Assembly: GCA_049322915.1 (NCBI GenBank) | Contig: JBMOPW010000014.1 | Coordinates: 64,001-128,000 of the forward strand | Length of the DNA: 64,000 nt | Source: Candidatus Zhuqueibacterota bacterium | GTDB taxonomy: Bacteria > Zhuqueibacterota > Zhuqueibacteria > Thermofontimicrobiales > Thermofontimicrobiaceae | Reading direction: 5' to 3' | Shown here: positions 9,528-19,237 of the stretch, piece after piece | Position numbering within the stretch: the stretch's first letter is position 1 | Layout: every line of letters starts with the position of its first letter | The notes under the pieces: generated by a model | The model's database searches: none | The model's input: the letters and a program-made list of their open reading frames with translations, nothing else | Told to the model about the DNA's origin: nothing | Position numbers and translations under genes: made by a program

Positions 9528-12008
9528 TCATAAAAGAGAGACCGGATCGATGTCGATTTGTATCTTGATGGTGCGAAACCGGTGTTGGGCTTTGAAACGA
9601 ATGAGGGCGTCATGGAGTTGTTGCCGGAGAAATTTGCCGGAAGCATCTTCGTGTTTGCTGTTTTTGATAATAATCTGCCAACGAAATAGTTTTTGAATTT
9701 TGGAAATGGGTGCAGGAATGGGTCCCATCACCTGACCGATATGCTCGGGAATGTTGATCGATTCTCTAAATTTTTCAGCCGCGGCGATGACCTTTGGTTC
9801 GTCCTCGCCTTTGATGAGAATATAAACCAATCTGCCGAATGGCGGATAGTTCAACTCTCGCCGGCCCGGAAGTTCATCATTGAAAAAGCCTTTAAAATTG
9901 TGGTGCCGGGCGAATTGCAGGCTTTTACTGTCCGGGGAATAGGTTTGAATGAAAACCTGACCGCTCAGTTTTTTTCGGCCAGCACGACCGGCGACCTGGG
10001 TGATCAATTGAAAAGTTCGCTCCGAAGCCCGGAAATCCGGTAAGAGCAGGCTGGTATCGGCTGAAATGACTCCGACGAGCGTTACATTTTCAAAGTCCAA
10101 ACCTTTGGCGACCATCTGTGTCCCCAACAGGATATTGTATTTGCCGCTGCCAAAGTCCTTCAAAATTTTGTTGTGCGCCCATTTCTGGCTGGTCGTATCG
10201 AGATCCATTCGGATGCAGCGGGCGGTTGGAAAAAGTCGGGTAATCTCTTTATCGACTTTCTGCGTGCCAATTCCCTGATATTGGATATTCGAACTGCCAC
10301 ATTGCCGGCATGATTCCGGCGCTTGTTTTGTAAAATTGCAGTAATGGCAGCGAAGCGTTTTATTGGTCAAATGATAGGTCAAGGTGATATTGCAATTTTC
10401 GCACATTTCAATGAAGCCGCAGTCTTTGCACTGGATGAACGTCGAATAGCCGCGTCGATTTTGCAGCAGGATCATTTGCTGCCCCAACTCCAGTCGTTGC
10501 TGAATGGCGATTTGCAATTCTTTGGAGAAAATGGAGACGTCCTGTTTGGGGTAACGGCGCTTTTGGACTTTCATGTCGATCAGTTCCACGGTGGGCATGG
10601 AGATATTCTCGATGCGGCGCGGCAATTCGATCAATTGATATTTCTTCGTTTTGGCGTTGTAATAGGACTCCAACGAAGGAGTGGCCGAGCCGAGAATGAC
10701 GACTGCCTCGTTCCGCATCCCGCGATACACCGCGACGTCTCTGGCATGATACAGGGGCTGGGAGTCATACTGTTTGTACGAGGACTCGTGCTCTTCATCC
10801 ACAACGATTAGGCCGAGATTTTGCAGCGGCGCAAAGATGGCTGAGCGCGGCCCCACCGCAATTTTGAATTCATGGTTGCGGAGCTTCCGCCAGGAGTCGA
10901 AGCGCTCACCCGGGGACATTCGGCTGTGAAGCACGGCAACCAGATTGGGAAAATTTTGTGTGAATCGCGCCACGGTCTGGGGCGTGAGCGAAATTTCCGG
11001 AACCAGCACGATAGCGGTTTTACCCTTCTCCAGCACATGGCGGATGGACTCGATGTACACCTGGGTCTTCCCGCTCCCGGTCACTCCGAAAACAAGAAAG
11101 GTCGAGAATTTGCCTGTGTCGATTTGTTTTTCGATCTGCTGAACCGCCGCCGCCTGATCGCTGTTGAGTTCAAACTTTTCCCCCGGCTGCATCGGCTGGG
11201 AGGGAAAGTAGGAACGGAAGACTTCTTTCTGATATTTAACAAGGTAGCCCTTATCCGCCAGCGTCTTGAGAATGCTGCTGCCGAAGCCGCCGCTTCGCAG
11301 CATTGCAGTCTGGGAAATTTCTTTCTGCCCGAACAGGATTTTTAAACAGGTGATTTGCGACGTCGCCGATTTTGGCAACTGCTCAAGGGCGCGATTGAAA
11401 TCAGTCGGATCGATCAAGCGCTCGGAGAGCCTGAGCCATGTTTCGTACTTAATATTCGCAGTCGCGCGGGTCAGCGAAGTGTCCTGGACAATTAATCCTG
11501 CCTGGACCAGTTTCTGGATGGTTAGCGACAGCGACGGGAATTTGAATTTCTTTCGGATTTGTTGAACCGATATCTGCCGATTCTCCAGCAGCAGACGGAG
11601 TAATTTTTCCTGTCCGGGCGCCCTGTTCGCCTGAAGATAGTCATTCACTTCGTCCTCGGTTTTAATGAGTTTGAGAAGTCGCTGCGATTCCAAATTAATA
11701 CCGCCAGGCAACATGGCTTTTATCACTTCTCCCAGCGGAGCGATGTAATATTCCGAAATCCAGAGGGCGAGCTGGAGCAGTTCCGGCAGCAGTGCGGGCT
11801 GTTCGTCAAGGAGATCGTAAATTGGTTTCAAATCCTCCCGCTCACAATGCTGATTCACGGATACCACATAACCGGTAATCCTCTTTCGCTTTCCCAACGG
11901 AATGAGCACACGCGCTCCGGGAAGAACCAAGTCCTCCAGGGCGGCTGGAATTTCGTAGGTGTAAGTTTGAAAAATGGGCAATGGAATGGCGACGTCAGCG
12001 TATTTCAT
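9528..12008 (-). CDS. priA: Primosomal protein N' (replication restart helicase)
   Basis: GVTGSGKT, VPEISLTPQ, DEEHE, CxxC Zn cluster, QVAGRAGR, YPPF, IDIDP. Confidence 0.97.
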   Translation of the reverse strand: MKYADVAIPLPIFQTYTYEIPAALEDLVLPGARVLIPLGKRKRITGYVVSVNQHCEREDLKPIYDLLDEQPALLPELLQLALWISEYYIAPLGEVIKAMLPGGINLESQRLLKLIKTEDEVNDYLQANRAPGQEKLLRLLLENRQISVQQIRKKFKFPSLSLTIQKLVQAGLIVQDTSLTRATANIKYETWLRLSERLIDPTDFNRALEQLPKSATSQITCLKILFGQKEISQTAMLRSGGFGSSILKTLADKGYLVKYQKEVFRSYFPSQPMQPGEKFELNSDQAAAVQQIEKQIDTGKFSTFLVFGVTGSGKTQVYIESIRHVLEKGKTAIVLVPEISLTPQTVARFTQNFPNLVAVLHSRMSPGERFDSWRKLRNHEFKIAVGPRSAIFAPLQNLGLIVVDEEHESSYKQYDSQPLYHARDVAVYRGMRNEAVVILGSATPSLESYYNAKTKKYQLIELPRRIENISMPTVELIDMKVQKRRYPKQDVSIFSKELQIAIQQRLELGQQMILLQNRRGYSTFIQCKDCGFIEMCENCNITLTYHLTNKTLRCHYCNFTKQAPESCRQCGSSNIQYQGIGTQKVDKEITRLFPTARCIRMDLDTTSQKWAHNKILKDFGSGKYNILLGTQMVAKGLDFENVTLVGVISADTSLLLPDFRASERTFQLITQVAGRAGRKKLSGQVFIQTYSPDSKSLQFARHHNFKGFFNDELPGRRELNYPPFGRLVYILIKGEDEPKVIAAAEKFRESINIPEHIGQVMGPIPAPISKIQKLFRWQIIIKNSKHEDASGKFLRQQLHDALIRFKAQHRFRTIKIQIDIDPVSLL

Positions 12009-12092
12009 GTTTGGATTTTCTCATATTAAAACAGCGACCTTCGGGCGATGAACCTTTCAACTCGTGGGTAAGTTAAAAAAAACAAAACTAAT

Positions 12093-14147
12093 TTGCAATT
12101 GAAAATTATCAAGACAAGAATCATTACTCGATCACTTTTTGGGGTTGCAGAAATGGTGATAAAACGAATCGTAATCATCGCGCTGCTCCTGACAGCATCG
12201 CAGAGTTTGCCGGGACAGGAGAAATATTGGATTTATTTCACGGACAGAGGCGCTGGTAAGTCCCGGTCAGCGCTGTTAAAATCGAATGAGGACAGCCAAT
12301 TGTCCGAACGCGCGCGTCACAGAAGGGCCAGGATGATGCCCGAACACCAAATCATCGAGGAAAACGATCTGCCTCTTCATGCAGCGTACGTCGAACAGAT
12401 AGAGTCAATGGGAGTGAAATCCATAGTGCAGTCGCGCTGGCTCAATGCGATGAGCGCATGGCTGACGGAGTCCCAGCGGACGGAAATTTCCAATCAACAT
12501 TTTGTGAAAAAAGTCACTCCCGTGCTTCGCTTCACCAGAAAGTTGCCGGCGGCGAAGAAACAGGAAACGCTCGAAAAGTCCCGGAGTTACCAACTCGACT
12601 ATGGTGCTTCGCTGGATCAGAATGAACTGATGCGCGTGCCGGAAGTCCATGATTTAGGTCTGGATGGTAGTGACGTGATCGTTGGTATGCTGGATACCGG
12701 ATTTGATTACAAGGATCACGAGGCGTTTGCGCATTTGCAGGTTGCGGCTGAATATGATTTCATCAACAACGACAGCACGACGCAGAATGAAGAGCAGAAT
12801 AATGATTGGTCGAGCCAGATTAACCACGGCACATTGACGCTTTCAGCCATCGGTGGATTCAAATCCGGTGAACTGATTGGCCCGGCGTTCGGCGCGACAT
12901 ATTTTTTAGCCAAGACAGAAGATGTGCGCAGCGAGACTGAAGTCGAAGAGGATTTCTGGGTCGCCGGCATCGAATGGCTGGAGCGGCAGGGCGTCGACGT
13001 GGTGAATAGTTCGCTGGGATACAATAATTGGTATTCCTACCCGGACATGGACGGTACGACGGCAACGACGACCATTGCCGCCGGGATTGCCGTGAGCAAG
13101 GGAGTCGTCGTCGTCAATAGCGCCGGCAACGAGGGCAACGATAGTTGGCGATATGTGATCGCCCCGGCCGATGGCTTCAACGTGATTGCCGTGGGCGCTG
13201 TTTTCAGCACCGGCGACCTGGTGGAATTTAGCTCCCGCGGTCCAACCTATGACGGACGAATCAAACCAGACGTGATGGCGCAGGGCTGGAGCGTGCATTC
13301 CGTGCAGCCCGGCACGCTGGCGGATTACGGCGGGGCAAGCGGCACATCGTTGGCCAGTCCGCTGGTGGCCGGTGTCGCCGCTCTGGTGCTGCAGGCGCAT
13401 CCATATTTAACGCCGAGCCAGGTCCGCGACGCGTTGAGGAACACGGCCAGTCTCGCCAATTCACCGAACAATGATTTCGGCTGGGGAATTGTCGACGCGT
13501 ACGAAGCTATTTTCTACCACGGTTTATTTTTCAGCCGTATGCCGGAGATTTCAACTCAGGAGACTATTGGTCATCCGGTGATCATTCAGGTATTTTCAAA
13601 ACAGGAAATTGACGGAGATTCTGTCGCTTTATTTTATTCCGCAGAAGGAGGCGCATTTCAGAAATTGAAGATGCAGGCTTCAGGTCAACCCCACGAGTTT
13701 GAAGCGGTTATTCCGCTTCAGCCGCGTGGCGCGAAAATCGATTTTTATTTTTATGCCAATGACAGCGAAACTGCAAAATTCAACCCATTCAAAGCGCCGG
13801 ATGCCTTTTTCACATACATCGCTTATGACACCACGGTGATACCGCCATCAGAGCCATTGCCGGAAGCGTTTCAGCTTTATCAGAATTATCCCAATCCATT
13901 TCAGACAATCACGACCATTTCCTATGACATTCTGGAACCGGGAAATGCGTCGTTGACGATTTTTAATATCCTGGGACAGCGGGTTCGAGCCTTCAATGCC
14001 GGATATCATGAGCGAAATAATTATAAAGTGATCTGGGATGGCCTCGATGAACAGGGACGTCGGATTGCTGCCGGAATTTATTTCGTTCAATTGAAAACCG
14101 ATCATTATTCAACTGCGAAGCGAGTGATCTTTCTGGGTTCGAAATGA
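12093..14147 (+). CDS. Secreted S8 subtilisin-like protease with FlgD/T9SS-type C-terminal domain (start may be 12153)
   Basis: LDTG, HGT, SAGN, GTSLASP catalytic motifs; signal peptide; LYQNYPNPF...WDG..GIYF tail. Confidence 0.92.
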   Translation: MQLKIIKTRIITRSLFGVAEMVIKRIVIIALLLTASQSLPGQEKYWIYFTDRGAGKSRSALLKSNEDSQLSERARHRRARMMPEHQIIEENDLPLHAAYVEQIESMGVKSIVQSRWLNAMSAWLTESQRTEISNQHFVKKVTPVLRFTRKLPAAKKQETLEKSRSYQLDYGASLDQNELMRVPEVHDLGLDGSDVIVGMLDTGFDYKDHEAFAHLQVAAEYDFINNDSTTQNEEQNNDWSSQINHGTLTLSAIGGFKSGELIGPAFGATYFLAKTEDVRSETEVEEDFWVAGIEWLERQGVDVVNSSLGYNNWYSYPDMDGTTATTTIAAGIAVSKGVVVVNSAGNEGNDSWRYVIAPADGFNVIAVGAVFSTGDLVEFSSRGPTYDGRIKPDVMAQGWSVHSVQPGTLADYGGASGTSLASPLVAGVAALVLQAHPYLTPSQVRDALRNTASLANSPNNDFGWGIVDAYEAIFYHGLFFSRMPEISTQETIGHPVIIQVFSKQEIDGDSVALFYSAEGGAFQKLKMQASGQPHEFEAVIPLQPRGAKIDFYFYANDSETAKFNPFKAPDAFFTYIAYDTTVIPPSEPLPEAFQLYQNYPNPFQTITTISYDILEPGNASLTIFNILGQRVRAFNAGYHERNNYKVIWDGLDEQGRRIAAGIYFVQLKTDHYSTAKRVIFLGSK

Positions 14148-14260
14148 TTGCCTCAGAATTTCAGGGATTGGCTGTTACGATGGGCTCCGCGCCGGGCCTG
14201 TCTCGCCAGGATATTCGATGTCCTCAATAAATTGACCTGAATACAATTGCATTCAAACGA

Positions 14261-14294
14261 AAAAAGGAATAACACCTTCATGTTATTCCTTTTT
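14261..14294. terminator. Bidirectional intrinsic terminator
   Basis: aaaaaggaataaca/tgttattccttttt perfect 14-bp stem between convergent genes. Confidence 0.75.
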
Positions 14295-14317
14295 CAATTT
14301 CCGAAAGACGCTTCAGA

Positions 14318-15598
14318 TTATTTATACCTGATCCAGGTGAGCACTTCGGGCAATGTCGGCCGCTTGCCGTACATTAAAATGCCGACTCGGAATATTTTAC
14401 CCGCCAGCCAGATGAGAAATAGGATGGTCAGCACCAGGATGATGATTGAAATTAGAATCTCGATAAATGGCGGAGTCAGGACTGAAATTCGTGTGAACAT
14501 CGTTATCGGCGAAAAGAATGGAATGTAGGACAGGATAACGCTCAGATTGGCCGAGGGATTTTTGATGATGTAGAAGGCCGAGAAAAATGCCAACATGATG
14601 ATCATAATGACTGGAAACTGCAGTTGCTGGGCGTCCTGATCCGAGTCAACCATGGCGCCCAATGCGGCGTAGAGCGTCGCAAATAGCAGGTAGCCGAGAA
14701 TGAAATAAATGACAAAATAGACCAGCACGGAAATCGGGATGGTCGGCATCGGTACTTCGGAAGCTGACGGAACCAGCGCCTTGATAATACTGCCGCTGTA
14801 GAAAGTGAGCAGTCCGGCAAAGGCGGCCCAAATCAGATATTGCGTCAGCCCCACCGCGCCAATTCCCATCACTTTTCCTGCCATGAGTTGAAACGGCTTG
14901 CACGAGGAAATAATGACCTCTACCACGCGGGAAAGCTTTTCCTCGTAGACGCTCCGCATCACAAACGCGCCATACATAATCAGCGCCATATACAGAAACA
15001 TCACCATGATGAAGGTGACCGCAAAGGAGAGCCCCACGTCCTCCTTCTCCTCGCCTCCCTTGGCGACTTTGAAGGTTTTCAGATTCACGCGCTTGGTGAG
15101 GTCGTGAATTATTTTCGGATCCAGATTGCTCTGCTTGAGGCGATACTCAGTGATAATTCCGGTAATGGCATTTTGGAACGTCCGGTTTTCATCAAAATTA
15201 CTCACGCTCTTCGCGTAGAATTCGCTGATGTTGTTCTCGATAATGTCCGCCGGGATGATGAAATAACCATCAATTTGATTCAAATCAACAGACTGGCTGA
15301 GTTCGCTTTTAACTGCGGGCAAATTTTCTTCCGACGCCTGAACCTGTGTGAACTCATACAATCGCCGGCCATCCCCGGTTGTGTCACTCAGGGAAGCGAC
15401 CAGTTTCTCGTAAACCAGGCCGCTGAGATCGACCACGGAGACATGTTTTACTTTTTCTGATTTTAAATTCATCAAAAGCCCGGGCCCGATGGAAATGAGA
15501 ATGATGAACAACGGCGTCAATGCGGTTCCGATGATAAAACCTTTCGTCTTCACCCGGGTGAGATATTCGCGTTTGAATATAGTCCAGAATTTATTCAC
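14318..15598 (-). CDS. ABC-2 transporter permease (NatB/YhaP-like)
   Basis: IFKREYLTRVKTKGF, EEKLSRVVEVIISS, MAGKVMG, IPFFSP; GTG start overlapping the ATPase stop. Confidence 0.9.
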   Translation of the reverse strand: MNKFWTIFKREYLTRVKTKGFIIGTALTPLFIILISIGPGLLMNLKSEKVKHVSVVDLSGLVYEKLVASLSDTTGDGRRLYEFTQVQASEENLPAVKSELSQSVDLNQIDGYFIIPADIIENNISEFYAKSVSNFDENRTFQNAITGIITEYRLKQSNLDPKIIHDLTKRVNLKTFKVAKGGEEKEDVGLSFAVTFIMVMFLYMALIMYGAFVMRSVYEEKLSRVVEVIISSCKPFQLMAGKVMGIGAVGLTQYLIWAAFAGLLTFYSGSIIKALVPSASEVPMPTIPISVLVYFVIYFILGYLLFATLYAALGAMVDSDQDAQQLQFPVIMIIMLAFFSAFYIIKNPSANLSVILSYIPFFSPITMFTRISVLTPPFIEILISIIILVLTILFLIWLAGKIFRVGILMYGKRPTLPEVLTWIRYK

Positions 15599-16508
15599 GG
15601 GTTGCCTCCCCTTGTTTCTTGGTGACGGTTTCGATAAATATTTCGTGAAGCGACAATTCCATGATTTCAAACCGGTTGATCGTCACTTCCTGAATAGCGG
15701 CCTTGAGCACCTGCTGAATGGTTGCGGAGTCGGACGGATGAATAACCGTAAATTTTTCATTCTCCTCGAACGCGCTGACAAGTTTCTTGTCGTTCAAAAA
15801 TTTCGCCGATCCCTCAAATTCCATTCGGATGCTGTTTTTCCTGTATCTCTTTTTGATCTCGGACAAGTTCCCGCTCAGCACGACTCGGCCATGATTGATC
15901 AGGCAGATGGAATCGCACAGCTTTTCAACCTGCTCCATGAGATGCGTGGAAAAGATGATGGTGGAACCGCTGTTTTTCTGTTCCAGCATGACGTCTTTGA
16001 TGAGCTCGCTATTCACAGGGTCCAGGCCGGTGAACGGTTCGTCCAGAATTATCAGCCTGGGATTGTGGATGACAGTGGAAATGAACTGGATTTTTTGCTG
16101 CATGCCACGCGACAAAGCTTCCAACTTTTTATCGATCCATTCAGACATCTCAAAACGTTCCAGCCATAATTTAATGCGGGCTTTGGCATCGGATGGTTTT
16201 ACGCCTTTCATCTCGGCTAAAAAAACAATGAGCTCTCCCACTTTCATTTTTTTGTAAAGACCGCGCTCCTCCGGCAGATACCCAACATTGTTCCGTAGTT
16301 CCTGTGAGTTTGGCTTCCCAAATAAGCTGATTTTACCCTTGTCCGGAATAATGATGTCCATAATCATGCGGATGGTCGTGGTTTTCCCTGCGCCGTTGGG
16401 ACCTAACAGGCCGAAGATAACGCCGGGGGGAAGCTCCAGATTGAGATCCTGTACCGCATTGACATCTTTAAAGGATTTGTAGACATGTTCAATACTTAGA
16501 ATAGACAC
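15591..16508 (-). CDS. ABC-2 transporter ATP-binding protein
   Basis: GPNGAGKTT, YLPEERGLY, LSRGMQQK, ILDEPF. Confidence 0.95.
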   Translation of the reverse strand: MSILSIEHVYKSFKDVNAVQDLNLELPPGVIFGLLGPNGAGKTTTIRMIMDIIIPDKGKISLFGKPNSQELRNNVGYLPEERGLYKKMKVGELIVFLAEMKGVKPSDAKARIKLWLERFEMSEWIDKKLEALSRGMQQKIQFISTVIHNPRLIILDEPFTGLDPVNSELIKDVMLEQKNSGSTIIFSTHLMEQVEKLCDSICLINHGRVVLSGNLSEIKKRYRKNSIRMEFEGSAKFLNDKKLVSAFEENEKFTVIHPSDSATIQQVLKAAIQEVTINRFEIMELSLHEIFIETVTKKQGEATRE

Positions 16509-16794
16509 ATTTCCCTCCTGTTTGTAGTTTTGATTTTGATCGTTCGAGCCAGGTTTATGCAGGTAATATTATACTGAAATTATAAAAAAAGTTACACGAT
16601 TCATTGCCGTCGGGTTCACCAAAGAGTATGCAACCGGCGTGCAATCCCGCCCATAGTCAGGCAACGCCGCCCCGCCGTAGAATTGCCGTGCAATGATGTT
16701 CGGGCCTTTTTGATGGAAGCTCACAATTTCGTTTCTGGAAAAGGGCATCCCTTACTCTCTAATACAAAGGGACAAGCGAACCATTTGTCCTGCT

Positions 16795-16874
16795 GCCCGC
16801 CGGTGATTTATTCCATTTTTATCATTCAGCAATTTCAAGAATTCTTTGAAGTCTGGAGGTAGCACCATGGCCAT
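16795..16874 (-). pseudogene. N-terminal remnant of a small nucleotidyltransferase-like gene
   Basis: MAMVLPPDFKEFLKLLNDKN followed by an out-of-frame ITGG, resembling the LPPDFKEFL.LLN...V.YL..GG start of small nucleotidyltransferase-like proteins; similarity ends there. Confidence 0.55.
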
Positions 16875-17023
16875 AATTAATCCTTACTTAAAAATTCTAT
16901 ATGTTGCATTCGTTCAATGGGTGTTCGGGAAAGCCAATAATCTTTATCATTGGATTGATCTGATAACGAGACAACTGAAAAGAAGCGCTTGTCCAATTTT
17001 AAATCATTCAAATTTTTATCCAT
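16822..17023 (-). pseudogene. Frameshifted small protein, partner of the nucleotidyltransferase remnant
   Basis: MDKNLNDLKLDKRFFSVVSLSDQSNDKDYWLSRTPIERMQHIEFL, then after a one-base shift near 16887 RINYGHGATSRLQRILEIAE*. Confidence 0.6.
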
Positions 17024-17073
17024 ACAATTAACTCACGATCTTTTTTTGTTGATGATACATTCAGATTCCAAAT

Positions 17074-17860
17074 TGCGAACGTAACGAATCACTGGCTTTC
17101 AAGATGCGCAGCGAATTGAAAATCCAGTGCATTCGATTGTGTGTGCCTGGCATGGCGCGTGTATGTTTAATCTAATTGAATATACACAAATTATCCAGAG
17201 GGTGCAAGTCTCTTATGAGCGAGTTGGTGAAGCCCATTAGTAAGCCGCAAGGGCGTTCCGGGTGACCGGAAATCTGAAAGCCGAAGGTGCGACTTGGCGT
17301 GAAGCGGGACTGCAAGAATCTGTCCGGACGAATCCGCCTTAGGCGGATAGATGCAGCCGACATAGACTCAACGGATAAGCGTCTTACTCAGGGATATCTA
17401 CTCAATTCAGCCAAGGCGGACTGGACTTAACATACATAGTTCCGGATGGGGCTCAACCGAATACCATGCCCTGGCCTGATCGGTGGCTATTGCCAATCAG
17501 GAGCCTTCGGGATACCACGAACCACAATAGCAATGCATGTTGAGTTTCATAGTCCGTCAGTTGGTGAATGATTGAGTAGAAGTCAGCCGAAGCCATAGTA
17601 GCCAAACGCCAGTGGTAATGCGCTGGACATAGCGAAGCCTAGTCCTGAGCTTGGCGAAGGAGGCTGAACATTAACCCGTTCTGGATTGATTTGGGATGAA
17701 CATGGACGAATGGTAGTTTCCAAGTCCTGTTCAAGCCCAGTTTAAGAAAGAACACAGTCAATACACACTTGACTCATGGTTAATGAACCGTCCCGAAGCG
17801 TCGGGATGGTGCGAGATGCGCACTCCGGTCTATTGGCCGGAGCCTCCTAGTCGATTAGAG
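17074..17860 (-). other. Integron attC site (72 bp: 17074-17140 plus 17856-17860), split by the intron
   Basis: Rejoined minus strand: R'' ctctAAC, 5 nt, L'' aatGcact with an extra base, stem-loop, L' agtgatt, 6 nt, R' GTTcgca. It begins 2 nt after the stop of the 17863 gene. Confidence 0.8.
17141..17855 (+). mobile_element. ORF-less group IIC-attC intron (715 nt)
   Basis: 5' GTGTGCCTGGCATGGCGC; DI motifs (gggtgcaagtc, taagccgcaaggg, gtcttactcagggatatc); DIII aagtcagccgaagccatagtag; short DIV; GAACCG..TGGTGCGAGA DV remnant; DVI ending CTAGTCGAT; exon junction TTGT/TA. Confidence 0.85.
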
Positions 17861-17862
17861 TG

Positions 17863-19014
17863 CTATAAGAACTTGTATCTATAAACTTTTACGCGATTTA
17901 CTCCGAACTCATCAATATGCAAGGCGTATACTTTATTTCTCCTGATATAATATGGCATCACTTTGCTACCATTCCATTTAAAAAAAACCTTTTTGATATA
18001 TATTCCATCACTGTTGAAAATATCATATGTGTATCCCTCTCCCTCATCTTCAAAGGTGAGTACCCAAAAATTGTTCTTATCGTCTGTGAGAAAACGGAAA
18101 TAGGATATTCGAAATGCTGGCTTTTTATCCGGAATTAACTTTTGATCGAAAGGATTGACCGATAATTTCATTTTTTCAGATTCAGTCACCTCTACAGGCC
18201 TCCATTTACGACCGAACAGTAATTTCAAATTCCCATTTTTATCAAAGACTGAAAACTTATACATATCAGATTTGCCAATGATAAGCTCCCCGTTTTGCCT
18301 CAACGCATAATTAACCGATCCGCTTTCGTATCCCGTTCTCCACAGTCCGCCACGTGTCATAGGAGTACCATTCTGTCCTTTTAATTGAGTGATTTGATTT
18401 ATCTTCGAATTGTCCGCATTATATCTTGAGAAAGATATCGTTTCCTCCCCTGTAGAATAATTCCAATTCTCTCTTACCGAATAAAAGTAGACATCGTTCT
18501 CATCAATCCCTATTAATTCGCGACTAAAGCCAATTTGAAAGGAATTAATGAAATCATTGTTGTTTGAAAAGCGACTGATTCTTGATCCATTTCCATATTC
18601 ATGCACTACTATCCTGTTTTGACTTTCGAAGAACACCCTTGCCGGCTCAATGAACTCTCCCGGACCTTGACCTTTCCGGCCAATTATAGAAACAAAAACT
18701 CCTGAACTATCATATATTTTTACCACATTATCTGAATAATCAACTACATAGATATTGCCTGATGGATCAATATTGATATCTTTGATAGTATTAAAGGTAC
18801 TTTCAATTGTTCCATCCTTTTCCCCGATAGAAAGTAATTCTATTAATTCAATTGAACTGGATCTATTTTTAGGATAACTGGGATTAAAAACAGTTTGAAT
18901 ATTCTCCCGTTTTCCAATTTTTACTGGATACTCACTTCTGCCACAATTGAATGCTTGGAAAATAACAATAAAATATAGACCGAGAAAAATCGGTTTATTC
19001 ATCATTATCACCAT
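17863..19014 (-). CDS. 6-bladed beta-propeller (NHL-like) putative lipoprotein; integron cassette gene
   Basis: IDPSGNIYVVD, IGRKGQGPGEF, D.K.NFWV, YDIFNSDG; AT-rich; attC directly after the stop. Confidence 0.85.
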   Translation of the reverse strand: MVIMMNKPIFLGLYFIVIFQAFNCGRSEYPVKIGKRENIQTVFNPSYPKNRSSSIELIELLSIGEKDGTIESTFNTIKDINIDPSGNIYVVDYSDNVVKIYDSSGVFVSIIGRKGQGPGEFIEPARVFFESQNRIVVHEYGNGSRISRFSNNNDFINSFQIGFSRELIGIDENDVYFYSVRENWNYSTGEETISFSRYNADNSKINQITQLKGQNGTPMTRGGLWRTGYESGSVNYALRQNGELIIGKSDMYKFSVFDKNGNLKLLFGRKWRPVEVTESEKMKLSVNPFDQKLIPDKKPAFRISYFRFLTDDKNNFWVLTFEDEGEGYTYDIFNSDGIYIKKVFFKWNGSKVMPYYIRRNKVYALHIDEFGVNRVKVYRYKFL

Positions 19015-19164
19015 TTTTCACCTCATAACAACTAATTCTACAAACCTGTATAACCTCACCATACAATTTAAAATTTCTATTCGAAAAATCAATAAAAATA
19101 TTTGCTTCAGTTGAGCACGGGTAATGGATCAAAATATTTTGGCAGAGCGGAATAATATGAAAAA

Positions 19165-19190
19165 CGGGATGTTGTCAGGAAACATCCGGT
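19165..19190 (-). terminator. Putative terminator after the patatin gene
   Basis: ggatgtt/aacatcc stem followed by a T run on the minus strand. Confidence 0.4.
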
Positions 19191-19237
19191 TCCTATCTAA
19201 AATTGATGAAATGGAAAAAGTTAAATCGATTTAAAAC

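Noticed and set aside
16628..16646. sigma54-like TTGCAC-GCCGG-TTGCA upstream of the ABC ATPase (minus strand)
   Set aside because: The near-invariant -24 GG is TG.
16769..16792. ggacaa/ttgtcc hairpin as a second attC
   Set aside because: No AAC/GTT boxes at the right spacing and no extrahelical base pattern.
17172..17363. 63-aa ORF inside the intron
   Set aside because: Antisense to structured domain I, with no RT or maturase motifs.
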